Of a DNA stretch of 64,000 bases, positions 42,910 to 52,541 are shown in pieces. Under the pieces are notes generated by a model, which worked only from the letters and a program-made list of their open reading frames with translations, was not told the DNA's origin and made no database searches. This DNA is from Escherichia phage IME08. A program made the translations under genes and the position numbers. The DNA lies in the sequence record NC_014260.1; one strand, given 5' to 3'. How positions within the stretch are numbered: the first letter of the stretch is position 1; each line of letters begins with the position of its first letter.

Positions 42910-44193
42910 ATGAAAAAGATTAATGCATTAATACAAGAATCAACTTTGACGGCGGCCAACCAGGTCGCCCGTCCTAATCTTCTTTCATATACCCAGGCAA
43001 CTAATAAAAGAATTTTTAAAGCCCTTGTTGCTGAACAAAAAACTACTCAACCTGTTGCAGCATTATATGGTGTCCGTGTTTTAAACCCAGACGATAAAAT
43101 GACTTATCTCGGCGGAGCCACTTTTGCAGGCGAAATTGGTATGTTCGAACGTAAAAACATTCCTGAATTCACCGATAAAGACGAAGCATATGCTGTTGGT
43201 GATATGTTCCAATTCGAAAGTGTGGTTTTCAAGGTATTAGAAGCTTCTCCGTTTGCAGGAACAACTGAAACCGATTTGGGCGAAGTTATTTCAGAAGCTA
43301 TTGCCGCAGGCCATATTCGTATGATGTCTGATGCAGCCTTTACCAATAAATTTGAAAAAGGCCATCCTGAGATTGCTGAAGCAGGATTCCGTATTGATAA
43401 GTGGCAGACTGAAGTTAAATCGCGTAAACTTAAAACTTCTTTGACTGTAGAACTGGCCCAGGATTTAGAATCCAACGGGTTTAATGCACCAGACTTTATA
43501 GACAATATTTTGGCTATTCAAATGGCCGAAGAAATTAATAAAGACGTATTACAGTCCTTAATTACGGTAAGTTCTCGTTTTAAAGTCCAAGGAGTTTCCG
43601 AGAAAGGCGTCTTGAACTTAACAGACCCACAATATGATAACGCCCAAGACCGAGCGCGTACCTTGTATTACTATATGTGTGAAATGAATTCTGCTGTTCA
43701 ACGCCAGACTTCGTTTGCAGGTACTTATGCAGTAGCTTCTTCTCGTTGCGCCGCTATTTTAGCTGCATCCGGTTGGGTTGAGAAAAAAGAAGACCAAGAC
43801 GAATTAGCTTATGGCATATTAAAGAACGGTCTACCACTTTATGCTGATATGAATAGTCCGTGTGATTATGTTATTGTCGGTGTAAATGCTCAGATGGGTG
43901 AAGGGCAGACGGTCGCATCTTTGTATTATGCGCCTTATACGGAAGGGCTCGAAGAAGTTGATGATGAAGGTGATACTTCAGTAGGTGAATTCAAGGTTAT
44001 TGTAGACCCAGATTCATTGCAACCTACCATATCTTTATTGGCTCGGTATGCATTGACTGCGAATCCTTATACCGTCGCTAAAGACGACAAAGAAGCTCGT
44101 ATTATTGACGGTGCGGATATGGACAAAATGGCTAATCAAAGTCAATTGAGTTCTTATCTTGGTGTTAAACTTCCTCCACTTGAAAAAAGCTAA
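42910..44193 (+). CDS. gp24 paralog (second vertex-protein copy)
   Basis: 427 aa; same conserved blocks as gp24 but diverged; starts 1 nt after gp24 stop. Confidence 0.85.
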   Translation: MKKINALIQESTLTAANQVARPNLLSYTQATNKRIFKALVAEQKTTQPVAALYGVRVLNPDDKMTYLGGATFAGEIGMFERKNIPEFTDKDEAYAVGDMFQFESVVFKVLEASPFAGTTETDLGEVISEAIAAGHIRMMSDAAFTNKFEKGHPEIAEAGFRIDKWQTEVKSRKLKTSLTVELAQDLESNGFNAPDFIDNILAIQMAEEINKDVLQSLITVSSRFKVQGVSEKGVLNLTDPQYDNAQDRARTLYYYMCEMNSAVQRQTSFAGTYAVASSRCAAILAASGWVEKKEDQDELAYGILKNGLPLYADMNSPCDYVIVGVNAQMGEGQTVASLYYAPYTEGLEEVDDEGDTSVGEFKVIVDPDSLQPTISLLARYALTANPYTVAKDDKEARIIDGADMDKMANQSQLSSYLGVKLPPLEKS

Positions 44194-44205
44194 TAGGAGA
44201 AATAT

Positions 44206-44412
44206 ATGGTAGATGAAACCCTGTTTGGTCATGACGGAAGAGGCAACTTTAGTGGCAAATCCTTAATTCAGCCAGAAGAGTCTATTATAATTCCGTTTTC
44301 GAACATCAGAATTTCTACAGAAAAGATAAAGTTAAATGAAGTTGAAGTTAACAATTTAGCAAAAAGTATTTTAGAATCAACAACCCAAGAAGAGGTTCAT
44401 AGTGTGTTTTAG
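44206..44412 (+). CDS. 68-aa ORF, likely N-terminal segment of the collagen-like protein
   Basis: ATG with SD aggaga; ends HSVF-TAG in a T4 run; LFGHDGRG motif shared with mini-ORF at 47032. Confidence 0.5.
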   Translation: MVDETLFGHDGRGNFSGKSLIQPEESIIIPFSNIRISTEKIKLNEVEVNNLAKSILESTTQEEVHSVF

Positions 44413-45602
44413 GAATAAACAATTCCCAGATAGAGCCAATAGAGGGTCCGCCGGGCCCTCAAGGAGACCCGGGCCCACAAGGTATTCAAGGCCCGCCCGG
44501 CCCTCAAGGAGACCAAGGTCCACAAGGTATTCAAGGCCTTAAAGGAGATAAAGGAGATACAGGTCCACAAGGTATTCAGGGCCTACAAGGACCCAAAGGA
44601 CCTAAAGGAGACCAGGGTCCACAAGGCATTCAAGGGCCTATAGGTCCTATAGGTCCCGCAGGGCTAATATGGAAAGGAGAATGGGATGTAGATACACTTT
44701 ACTCTGTCGATGATGCTGTTGGATATGCAGGTGCATCATATTTTTGTATAGCCGAAAATACCGGTAATATACCCACAGAATCGCCGGAAAACTGGGCCTT
44801 ATTAGCATCGCAAGGAGCTAGAGGAGAATCAGGGGCCCAGGGCCTACAAGGACCCAAAGGGGATAAAGGAGATACGGGTCTTCAAGGTATTCAAGGACCC
44901 AAAGGGGATAAAGGAGATACAGGTCTTCAAGGACCTATAGGGCCTATAGGACCTAAAGGAGACCAGGGTCCTCAAGGTTCTAGAGGTATTCAAGGTATTC
45001 AAGGTCCCCAAGGAGACCAGGGCCCACAAGGTTCTAGAGGTATTCAAGGTATTCAAGGACCTCAAGGAGACCAAGGTCCGCAAGGCCTTCAAGGACCCCA
45101 AGGAGATAAAGGAGAGGATGGATTCGGAATTGATTCTAAAATAAGTGGGGTATATAAAATTCCTGCATCCGGAACCAAAGGACAATTTTATATAAACTTA
45201 CCTGGGGCAGGTGGTCTTAGATTGATTGTATCAACGGCTGGGACAGGTAATGCTGTTAAAATAGGATACGGAGGTAACTCTAGCACTGTTCAAAGAACAT
45301 TTACTATAGGATATAATTTAACAGCTAATTATACCGATTTGGCAAAAATAAAAACCGGTAGGATAAATTATACAGGGTATACTTCGGTTTCATATAGTAG
45401 CGATACAACGGCTCTAGTCGGATATGGGGATATGTATACAGCAATAGCCTCTAATAAAGATACTTTAGATTCATGGCATATAGTAATATCAGGCGTAGTG
45501 GCAAAATCATCTGCTTCGGCCACTGATGGAAGATTACTTATATCTGTAACTAAAGTTTTTGATTCCGAAACTCAACAGATTCAAACAGGTGAAATATATT
45601 AA
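44403..45602 (+). CDS. collagen-like fiber protein with embedded carbohydrate-binding-like motif; no in-frame start, -1 frame relative to 44206 ORF
   Basis: About 400 open codons with two G-X-Y blocks, a W...Y..D.V.Y.G..Y.C...TG..P....P..W motif and a globular C-terminus; first usable start is TTG at 45222. Confidence 0.55.
   Translation, partial: CVLGINNSQIEPIEGPPGPQGDPGPQGIQGPPGPQGDQGPQGIQGLKGDKGDTGPQGIQGLQGPKGPKGDQGPQGIQGPIGPIGPAGLIWKGEWDVDTLYSVDDAVGYAGASYFCIAENTGNIPTESPENWALLASQGARGESGAQGLQGPKGDKGDTGLQGIQGPKGDKGDTGLQGPIGPIGPKGDQGPQGSRGIQGIQGPQGDQGPQGSRGIQGIQGPQGDQGPQGLQGPQGDKGEDGFGIDSKISGVYKIPASGTKGQFYINLPGAGGLRLIVSTAGTGNAVKIGYGGNSSTVQRTFTIGYNLTANYTDLAKIKTGRINYTGYTSVSYSSDTTALVGYGDMYTAIASNKDTLDSWHIVISGVVAKSSASATDGRLLISVTKVFDSETQQIQTGEIY
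44445..45122 (+). repeat. collagen-like G-X-Y triplet repeat region, two blocks
   Basis: Read directly: [16 protein letters not shown]... and [19 protein letters not shown]... Confidence 0.85.
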
Positions 45603-45608
45603 AACATA

Positions 45609-45626
45609 AAGGGCCGCAAGGCCCTT
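45609..45626. terminator. bidirectional stem-loop between collagen-like gene and rnlB
   Basis: AAGGGCC-GCAA-GGCCCUU between convergent genes. Confidence 0.65.
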
Positions 45627-45631
45627 ATCAT

Positions 45632-46639
45632 TTATTTGGATACTAGTTCAATCCAAACATGTCTTAATGTTTCTTTTACACACTCAATGAGCTGCTTTTT
45701 AACTTCAACAGGATTTTCAGCGTCAGTTAATTCTAATTCTTCACGGGCAGCTTCTTCAAGGATATCTTGGACCGTCAAGCCCATTACCTTTCCAAAATCC
45801 TTTTTGGAAACTTCGCCAATCTTACTGATAACATTGTTAATACGGTTAACAGTCACATAATCAGTGAATTGCCACATCAAATCCATATCGTCTTGGGATA
45901 AAACTACCGCAGCCTTAATAGGCTTATCAGACTTTTTCTTCTCGCTGAATTTAGAGTTCTTACATTTAATCGCTACACGATTTCCGTTTGGAAGCCAGGT
46001 AGGAATATCAGGTTTAAGTACAAAGCCTTCAGCCGTGAATACTTTACCTTCTACCTTAGGAATAAAGTCTGTAGAGTTTGCAATAGTTAGGCCGGCGTTA
46101 TCCACCGCAAAATTATAATCAGGAATAACTGAATCAAAGTCATTAGGTAATTTAATAAGGTCTTCAAAGCTACCTGTAGCCAGACATGGGGCTACCTTAA
46201 ACTTATGGATAATACAGAAGGCTTCCATCAATGTATCGGTTAGAACAGATTCTGAACCGTCTTCCTTAGTAACTCGGATATCGAACACATAAAAGTCTTT
46301 ATCACCGTAGTCCACATTCTTCTGGATACCTGGTCCAGCGAATTCGCCATAAATCTGGTACGACTGATAATTAATCGATTCAATTAGATGTTGAACAGAT
46401 TTAATAGAATCAGCATAGTTCTTAAGTACAATTTCATAACCATAGAAATCTTCAGCAGGGAGGATAGGGCCAGTGCGCTTGGCGCATGTGACTGCGTCAC
46501 GTTCTATGATTAAACTAAAGTTGGTCCCGTGAATCTTCTCACGTGCAACCCATTCACCACCAGTCAAACCGTTGATACGGAGTTTTTCGATAAACTTACT
46601 GTTGTAGTGGTTTTCGAGACTGCTATATTTCTTGAACAT
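45632..46639 (-). CDS. rnlB: RNA ligase 2
   Basis: N-terminus [21 protein letters not shown] matches T4 Rnl2; 335 aa. Confidence 0.95.
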   Translation of the reverse strand: MFKKYSSLENHYNSKFIEKLRINGLTGGEWVAREKIHGTNFSLIIERDAVTCAKRTGPILPAEDFYGYEIVLKNYADSIKSVQHLIESINYQSYQIYGEFAGPGIQKNVDYGDKDFYVFDIRVTKEDGSESVLTDTLMEAFCIIHKFKVAPCLATGSFEDLIKLPNDFDSVIPDYNFAVDNAGLTIANSTDFIPKVEGKVFTAEGFVLKPDIPTWLPNGNRVAIKCKNSKFSEKKKSDKPIKAAVVLSQDDMDLMWQFTDYVTVNRINNVISKIGEVSKKDFGKVMGLTVQDILEEAAREELELTDAENPVEVKKQLIECVKETLRHVWIELVSK

Positions 46640-46753
46640 AAATCACCATAATAAATATAATTAAATAGAAGAGCTAGTATTCTTCTGTCACCAAGCCAAA
46701 TGGTTTAACGGAAGGACCTAGACCCATTATAACACATCTAAATTTAAAGCATA

Positions 46754-46963
46754 TTACTTTGAACTAGAACGCGCTTTGCGCCGAACCTTGTTGTTCAATC
46801 TTTTACGATAGACAATCTTTTCTTTCGCTTTAAATTTGGCCTTAGCATTCTCAACTTCGGTCCAAGCTTTAGCCATATCTCTGGCGGTTCCGCCAATCTT
46901 TTTAGCAATATCAATAAAATTCATACCCGATTCATGTAAAAAATGTACTTTAATCTTATCCAT
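46754..46963 (-). CDS. small basic protein with HTH-like segment
   Basis: ORF track; segment MNFIDIAKKIGGTARDMAKAW; K/R-rich tail. Confidence 0.45.
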   Translation of the reverse strand: MDKIKVHFLHESGMNFIDIAKKIGGTARDMAKAWTEVENAKAKFKAKEKIVYRKRLNNKVRRKARSSSK

Positions 46964-47031
46964 AACAATTCTCTTGTGATTTGACTATTCAATAATAACA
47001 TGAGAATTTTAACTTGTAAACAGGAGATTTT

Positions 47032-47106
47032 ATGCCAGACAATCCATTATACGGGCATGACGGTAGAGGTGTATCATTAGAACTCACTAGTGAAAGCACC
47101 TTTTAA
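47032..47106 (+). CDS. 24-aa upstream mini-ORF (MPDNPLYGHDGRG...)
   Basis: ATG with SD aggag; stop lies in SD of next gene; N-terminus resembles 44206 ORF. Confidence 0.4.
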   Translation: MPDNPLYGHDGRGVSLELTSESTF

Positions 47107-47115
47107 GGAGGTTAA

Positions 47116-47982
47116 ATGATTGCACTTAAAATAAATGGTCCTAGATATGAATTGGTTGGTAAGACTGTAACGTTGTATACCGCATTTGTATTACCAGCAG
47201 GTTTGACTCTAGATGATATAGAAATTAATTGGTATAAAAATAATGTCCATGTCCCACAACTTCCTATTGAAGACCCTTTTGAATTGAATTTATGGGATGT
47301 TGGATATCCGGCGGCAGGAACATTTTATGCAACTATAACAAACAAGAAAAGTGGTGAAATAACAAAGAGTAATGAAATAGAACTTGAAATAGGTGTCATT
47401 CCAAGAAGAGTAATCCTGGATATAAGCTCTAGGGAATTAATATATGCCGATATAGGAGAAACCGTTTCACTTCGCCCGTCGTGTAGAGTAGAACCTACTT
47501 ATGCCGTACGTGATTGTAGATGGTATAGAAATGGAGTAGAATTATCTAACGATGAAGATATTGATATAACAATAGATAGTTCTGATAAATTCGGTACATA
47601 CATGTTGAAATCTATAGCGACCTGCGAAGGAGCGTATATCCCTGCTTCTGAAGAACTTTTAGTTGAAATAAAACCTAGAGGGGGTGTATTGCAGTGCCCG
47701 TTCATATATGATAACGACCTTAATGCCTATTTACCATATGGCGGCGGAAGAAATGAATCTTATATGTGGATAGGTTGGTGGGTGTGGGACGAAATAAGAG
47801 AAGCCGTTAGATTAGGAGAAGATTGGACGTTGGATATAAACAACAGCCGTTACAAGTATAAATGTGAGTTACAAAAAGTAGCCGACCTTTTGTCTAAGTA
47901 TCATGAAGTAGAGATACAAGAATCTAGAAACGGATATATTCTGGGGCGTAAAGACTTGCTTTATGTTCCGCCTGTACCATAA
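47116..47982 (+). CDS. Hoc-like capsid decoration protein paralog (2 Ig-like domains + Hoc C-terminal domain)
   Basis: C-terminus YMWIGWWVWDEIR...EVEIQESRNGYI parallels Hoc capsid-binding domain; two N-terminal repeats of about 90 aa. Confidence 0.75.
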   Translation: MIALKINGPRYELVGKTVTLYTAFVLPAGLTLDDIEINWYKNNVHVPQLPIEDPFELNLWDVGYPAAGTFYATITNKKSGEITKSNEIELEIGVIPRRVILDISSRELIYADIGETVSLRPSCRVEPTYAVRDCRWYRNGVELSNDEDIDITIDSSDKFGTYMLKSIATCEGAYIPASEELLVEIKPRGGVLQCPFIYDNDLNAYLPYGGGRNESYMWIGWWVWDEIREAVRLGEDWTLDINNSRYKYKCELQKVADLLSKYHEVEIQESRNGYILGRKDLLYVPPVP

Positions 47983-47987
47983 AAAAA

Positions 47988-48013
47988 TAAAGGGACCCGA
48001 AGGTCCCTTTTTA
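47988..48013. terminator. bidirectional rho-independent terminator between Hoc-like gene and hoc
   Basis: A-run, AGGGACC-CGAA-GGUCCCU, T-run. Confidence 0.8.
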
Positions 48014-48014
48014 A

Positions 48015-49148
48015 TTAATAAACGTAATCGTAAATAATTCCAGCATCCAAAGCGGTTCTGTGAATAATTCTACCATTACGAGATTCCTGTACATCAACCT
48101 CCGGATAGTCAGTAATCATTTTTTGAAGAGTATAACGATGGAGATAGAAATCACTATCAGGGTCATCGGTTTTCCAGTCTTTGCCTTCAAGAGTCATTTT
48201 CTGGATTTCGTCCATAACCCACCAACCACACCAGATATAAGCTGAATTGCGAACTGGTAGCGGATGAACGTAAGGTAGTTCGCCCTCTGGAACTGGTGCG
48301 ACTTTAGCCGTGACTGTTACATTACCAGTTTTGGTAACAGTCGTAGGGTTATAATCGGCGGCCGAAACAACAGCAGAAACTTCAATAACCTGTGAACCTT
48401 CAGCGCTTGTGTCAATTACTAATGTATCTGTAGCACCCACAACAGGTGAACCGTCTTTCTTCCAAGAATAAGCAAAAGTGGCACCACTAGGCGCACCTGC
48501 TACGGTAGCTTTAAAAGAAGCCGGAGTTCCTTCAGGTACATTAATAGAGGCTGGCGTTAAATTAACAGAAACCCCAGACATTGTTTTCTTAACAAAAGAA
48601 ACCGTTACGCCTTTAGCAGCAGTTGCTGAACCGTATTCCGGAGAGGTAACAGTAACTTCACAATTCAAGGTATAATTTGCTTCGGCTGCTTCAGTTAGTG
48701 TAATAGTTTTAGAGGTTTGGCCTGAAATTACGGTGGTATTTCGTTTCCAAACATAATTAATTGTTGCACCAGCAGGAGCACCGGTTACATTAGCCGTAAC
48801 AACTTGGGATTGGCCGACTTCTTTAGAAACGGAAGTAGGGTCCAAAGCCAAAGAGATATCCATAGTTTTATTAGATACAGTAACTTCAAAGGTGTCTTCG
48901 GCTGTCTCAAGAGGACCCGCATCGCCAGGGTCAGAAGTTACTACTACTTTTATAACTTTCTTACCCGCAGGAGCAGCACCCGTATATCTCAAAACATTAG
49001 TGGTTTCTGGGTTAGCAGCTCCATCAACGGTCCATACATATGCAATGGTTCCACCTGTTACAACTGCGTCGGTTGCGGTAGCAGTGTAGTTAGCGCTTTC
49101 GCCTATTTTCATAGACGCTGCGCCGGCTATACTTACAGTAAAGGCCAT
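48015..49148 (-). CDS. hoc: Hoc highly immunogenic outer capsid protein
   Basis: 377 aa; C-terminal half near-identical to T4 Hoc (TGNVTVTAKVAP.PEGELPYVHPLP...WCGWWVMDEIQKMT). Confidence 0.95.
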   Translation of the reverse strand: MAFTVSIAGAASMKIGESANYTATATDAVVTGGTIAYVWTVDGAANPETTNVLRYTGAAPAGKKVIKVVVTSDPGDAGPLETAEDTFEVTVSNKTMDISLALDPTSVSKEVGQSQVVTANVTGAPAGATINYVWKRNTTVISGQTSKTITLTEAAEANYTLNCEVTVTSPEYGSATAAKGVTVSFVKKTMSGVSVNLTPASINVPEGTPASFKATVAGAPSGATFAYSWKKDGSPVVGATDTLVIDTSAEGSQVIEVSAVVSAADYNPTTVTKTGNVTVTAKVAPVPEGELPYVHPLPVRNSAYIWCGWWVMDEIQKMTLEGKDWKTDDPDSDFYLHRYTLQKMITDYPEVDVQESRNGRIIHRTALDAGIIYDYVY

Positions 49149-49157
49149 AGTTTACCC

Positions 49158-49835
49158 TTATTTTAAAGTGACAAAAGATGAATTACGCGTTTCACGTACT
49201 AATACTGAGCCATTACGATTGATGTAATAAATCAGACTGAATAATGTTTGGTGGGCTGAAGGATGTTGGAAATCTTTAGGACGTTCTTTCCAATCAGGGG
49301 TTTCAGAAATCCATTGATAAATCCACCAAGGAACAGTACAGTAACCTGGGTTTTTACCAATAAGCAAAAGATTGGGACTAAAGTTTTCAGGGAGTTCAAA
49401 TTTAGGTTTTTCTGATTCTTTAACCAAGGTTATAGCTTGATTGAATTTCTCTTCGACAAACGGAACAACTTCTTCAATAATCTCGACCTTAGGAAGTTCG
49501 ACTACCTCAACGACTTCAACTACAGCCTCAGGGGCATCGAACAACAGGGTTGCTTCTTCTTTAGCAGGTTCGGCTCCATCAATAAATTCATTAGAACCTG
49601 TAAGTTCGTCAGCAGCATCAATCAAATCAGAAATGGACAAACCTTCGGTTTCTGGAAGTGGTTCGTCGGCCAGGGCTTTAAGACCTTCAGTGATATCGAT
49701 AATCAAATTATCAAACGAACGGGTTTTCTTAAGTTTTAAACCGAACTGTTCGCCGTATTCGATTAACTTAGCTTTAGCTTCTTTTTTATCTTCGAGTGCA
49801 CGAAGCTCTTCAATATATTGGCGGTCCATAATCAT
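49158..49835 (-). CDS. inh: Inh, inhibitor of prohead protease
   Basis: 225 aa vs T4 226 aa; position upstream of hoc; minus-strand TATAAATA. Confidence 0.7.
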   Translation of the reverse strand: MIMDRQYIEELRALEDKKEAKAKLIEYGEQFGLKLKKTRSFDNLIIDITEGLKALADEPLPETEGLSISDLIDAADELTGSNEFIDGAEPAKEEATLLFDAPEAVVEVVEVVELPKVEIIEEVVPFVEEKFNQAITLVKESEKPKFELPENFSPNLLLIGKNPGYCTVPWWIYQWISETPDWKERPKDFQHPSAHQTLFSLIYYINRNGSVLVRETRNSSFVTLK

Positions 49836-49849
49836 TCTCTTTTCTAGTG

Positions 49850-49871
49850 TATAAATATAACTATATTTATA
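49850..49871. promoter_or_regulatory. divergent late promoters (TATAAATA on + for uvsW, on - for inh)
   Basis: Exact octamers on both strands. Confidence 0.6.
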
Positions 49872-49885
49872 ACTGAGAATTACTT

Positions 49886-51382
49886 ATGCAAATTCAAGTA
49901 CATTTCGATAATTTTAGTCATGTTCGTATTGAGTGTGATGAATCCACATTCTACGAACTCAGAGACTATTTTAGCTTTGAAGCTGATGGATATAAATTCA
50001 ACCCTAAATTTCGTTATGGTCAATGGGACGGACGTATTCGCCTTCTGGATTATAATCGTAAACTTCCTTATGGATTGGTTCCGCAGATTAAAAAATTCGC
50101 TGAACAATTTGAATACTCTCTGTGGATTGACCCACGTATTCTTGAACAGGAAGATATTTCTCGTGAAGATTTTGACTCATGGGTGGCATCTCAAGAAATT
50201 TATTCAGGGTCTACCAAGATTGAGCCCCATTGGTATCAGAATGAAGCCGTATACAACGGTCTAACAAAACGTCGCGCAATTCTGAATTTACCTACATCTG
50301 CAGGTAAATCATTAATCCAGGCGCTCCTGAGTCGATACTACGTTGAGAACTATGAAGGTAAAATTCTTATCTTAGTTCCTACTACTGCACTCGTTGACCA
50401 GATGATTAATGACTTCATCGATTATCGGTTGTTCCCTAAAGCCGCAATGCTTGGAATTCGTTCAGGTACTGCTCGTGATTCTGATGCAATGATTTACGTT
50501 TCGACTTATCAAACTGCTATTAAGCAACCTAAAGAATGGTTTGCTCAGTTTGGTATGTTTATGAACGATGAATGTCATTTGGCTACAGGTAAATCTATTT
50601 CTACCATCATCGAAGGCCTAACCAACTGTATGTTTAAATTCGGTTTGTCTGGTTCTTTAAAAGATGGTAAAGCTAATTTAATGCAATATATGGGTTTGTT
50701 TGGTGATGTGTTTAAACCTGTTTCCACCTCCCAATTGATGGAAGAAGGACAGGTTACAGACCTTAAAATCAACAGTATTTTCCTTCGATACCCAGACGAA
50801 TTCACTGTTAAGATGAAAGGTAAAGATTACCAATCAGAAATTAAAGTCATTACTAAGGCTACTCGTCGTAATAAATGGGTTGCTAATTTAGCTGTTAAAC
50901 TCGCTAAGAAAGAAGAGAACGTATTCCTGATGTTTAAAAACATCGAACACGGTAAAACTCTTTTTGAAATGGTTAAAGAGCAACATAAAGAAGTTTATTA
51001 CGTATCAGGTGAAGTTAATACCGAAACGCGTAATGCTCTGAAAGTAATGGCGGAAAATGGTAAGGGTATTATTGTTGTGGCAAGTTATGGTGTGTTCTCT
51101 ACTGGTATTTCTGTTAAGAACCTTCATCACGTTGTATTTGCTCACCCAGTAAAATCCAAAATCATTGTACTCCAGACAATTGGTCGTGTACTCCGTAAAC
51201 ATGCTTCCAAATCAACAGCGCAAGTATGGGATATCATCGACGACATGGGTGTTAAGCCTAAATCAGCTACGGCTAAAAAGAAATATGTTCATTTGAACTA
51301 CGCCCTCAAACACGCTTTAGAACGTATTCAACGTTATGCTGATGAGAAATTTAATTACGTAATGAAACAGGTGGATTTATGA
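49886..51382 (+). CDS. uvsW: UvsW helicase
   Basis: Walker A PTSAGKS, DECH box; 498 aa; TATAAATA upstream. Confidence 0.9.
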   Translation: MQIQVHFDNFSHVRIECDESTFYELRDYFSFEADGYKFNPKFRYGQWDGRIRLLDYNRKLPYGLVPQIKKFAEQFEYSLWIDPRILEQEDISREDFDSWVASQEIYSGSTKIEPHWYQNEAVYNGLTKRRAILNLPTSAGKSLIQALLSRYYVENYEGKILILVPTTALVDQMINDFIDYRLFPKAAMLGIRSGTARDSDAMIYVSTYQTAIKQPKEWFAQFGMFMNDECHLATGKSISTIIEGLTNCMFKFGLSGSLKDGKANLMQYMGLFGDVFKPVSTSQLMEEGQVTDLKINSIFLRYPDEFTVKMKGKDYQSEIKVITKATRRNKWVANLAVKLAKKEENVFLMFKNIEHGKTLFEMVKEQHKEVYYVSGEVNTETRNALKVMAENGKGIIVVASYGVFSTGISVKNLHHVVFAHPVKSKIIVLQTIGRVLRKHASKSTAQVWDIIDDMGVKPKSATAKKKYVHLNYALKHALERIQRYADEKFNYVMKQVDL

Positions 51383-51606
51383 AAACCTTTAAAGAAGTTA
51401 TTCAGGAAGCATCTATTGAAAGCTTCATGTCTAAAATTAGTTCGTGTCAGACCATGGAAGGTCTGGAGGAATTAGAGAAGTATTACAAAACTCGTAGTAA
51501 GGAAGCCGAACTTCGTGATTCGGATGATATCAGCGTACGCGATGCATTGGCTGGTAAGAGAGCTGAATTGGAGTCGATGGACGACGAGGAAGAGGAAGAT
51601 TTCTAA
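51379..51606 (+). CDS. uvsW.1: UvsW.1-like small protein
   Basis: 75 aa; ATGA overlap with uvsW; acidic C-terminus. Confidence 0.7.
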   Translation: MKTFKEVIQEASIESFMSKISSCQTMEGLEELEKYYKTRSKEAELRDSDDISVRDALAGKRAELESMDDEEEEDF

Positions 51607-51608
51607 AC

Positions 51609-51637
51609 AAAAAAGGCCCAACCTTTCGGAAGGGCCA
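51609..51637. terminator. bidirectional terminator between uvsW.1 and the 55-aa ORF
   Basis: Same sequence as 5204..5231. Confidence 0.65.
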
Positions 51638-51666
51638 ATAACCATAAAATGGCTATACACACTAGA

Positions 51667-51834
51667 CTAAATTAATAATTGGGTTTCGTTCAGCTGTTCT
51701 TCAGTGTTTTCCGTAACCGGCAAGCTTTGAACGTAATTATAGCATGGACCCGGGTGAACCGGACCTTTTTCTGTTTCAACAACCAATGCAGCATCGATTG
51801 GAGTTTTACAGACAACGCAAATCTTATCTGACAT
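51667..51834 (-). CDS. 55-aa conserved small protein (uvsY.-2 position)
   Basis: Hand-translated, below track cutoff: MSDKICVVCKTPIDAALVVETEKGPVHPGPCYNYVQSLPVTENTEEQLNETQLLI. Confidence 0.45.
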   Translation of the reverse strand: MSDKICVVCKTPIDAALVVETEKGPVHPGPCYNYVQSLPVTENTEEQLNETQLLI

Positions 51835-51862
51835 GATTGTCTCCTTAGTTTAACTTACATAT

Positions 51863-52531
51863 CTATTTATTAGCCAAATTCTTTTCAAATGTTTTAACCA
51901 TATAACCTACATCTAAATCAGGAAATCCATTCTCAACTATTATGCGTTGAAATTTCCTTCTTTTAGGCATTCCTTCCTTTATCCAAAGTTCACGGATTTC
52001 CTTTTCAAATTCCCATAATTTACTTCTCATAGAAAGCTTAGGCTGTGAATGTTTACCTATATGGGCCTCATTAGCCTCTTTGGTACGTTTCTTACCTAAT
52101 TTGGCTAATGACATAGCTTTTTTAGCTTCTTCTGTATGAGAATATGGATTTCTTTTATGACCCGCACTTATGGCTTGTTTGGTGGATTCAGACCTTGGAA
52201 TACCTCGTATTTTCGACGCACTCTTTTCAATAGATTCAGGAGAACGAGTAGTACAACTACCTCCTTCACCACCAGGTTTCATATTCATACAGCGAATACC
52301 TTTACCAAACTTATCCCAAGCCTCTTCTATCAAAAGCTCTTCGAATTCATAAGCAAGTTGTTCGGTATCGAAAAAAGTCCTATCGACTATTTCAATTCGG
52401 TATTTTAATCTTTTTGCATAATAGATGTAATTACCAGACCCTACATACTTGTCAGATATTTTATCAGAAGAATGCTTACCAAAATATCGCCTAGTTCCGT
52501 TAGGCGAGTATACTAAAGTTTGGTAGCACAT
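51863..52531 (-). CDS. GIY-YIG homing endonuclease (Seg-like)
   Basis: N-terminal VYSPNGTRRYFGKH...YVGSG; basic C-terminus; start may be 52561. Confidence 0.75.
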   Translation of the reverse strand: MCYQTLVYSPNGTRRYFGKHSSDKISDKYVGSGNYIYYAKRLKYRIEIVDRTFFDTEQLAYEFEELLIEEAWDKFGKGIRCMNMKPGGEGGSCTTRSPESIEKSASKIRGIPRSESTKQAISAGHKRNPYSHTEEAKKAMSLAKLGKKRTKEANEAHIGKHSQPKLSMRSKLWEFEKEIRELWIKEGMPKRRKFQRIIVENGFPDLDVGYMVKTFEKNLANK

Positions 52532-52541
52532 ATGGTACTTT

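Noticed and set aside
44403-44444. Non-AUG initiation (AUA/AUU) for the collagen-like gene
   Set aside because: Candidate AUA codons have no SD at workable spacing; fusion to the upstream ORF by frameshift or indel explains the data better, but reinitiation cannot be excluded.
44445-45122. Possible CRISPR or non-coding repeat array
   Set aside because: Repeats are 9-nt G-X-Y codon periodicity within one long open frame, with no spacer/repeat architecture; they are coding collagen triplets.
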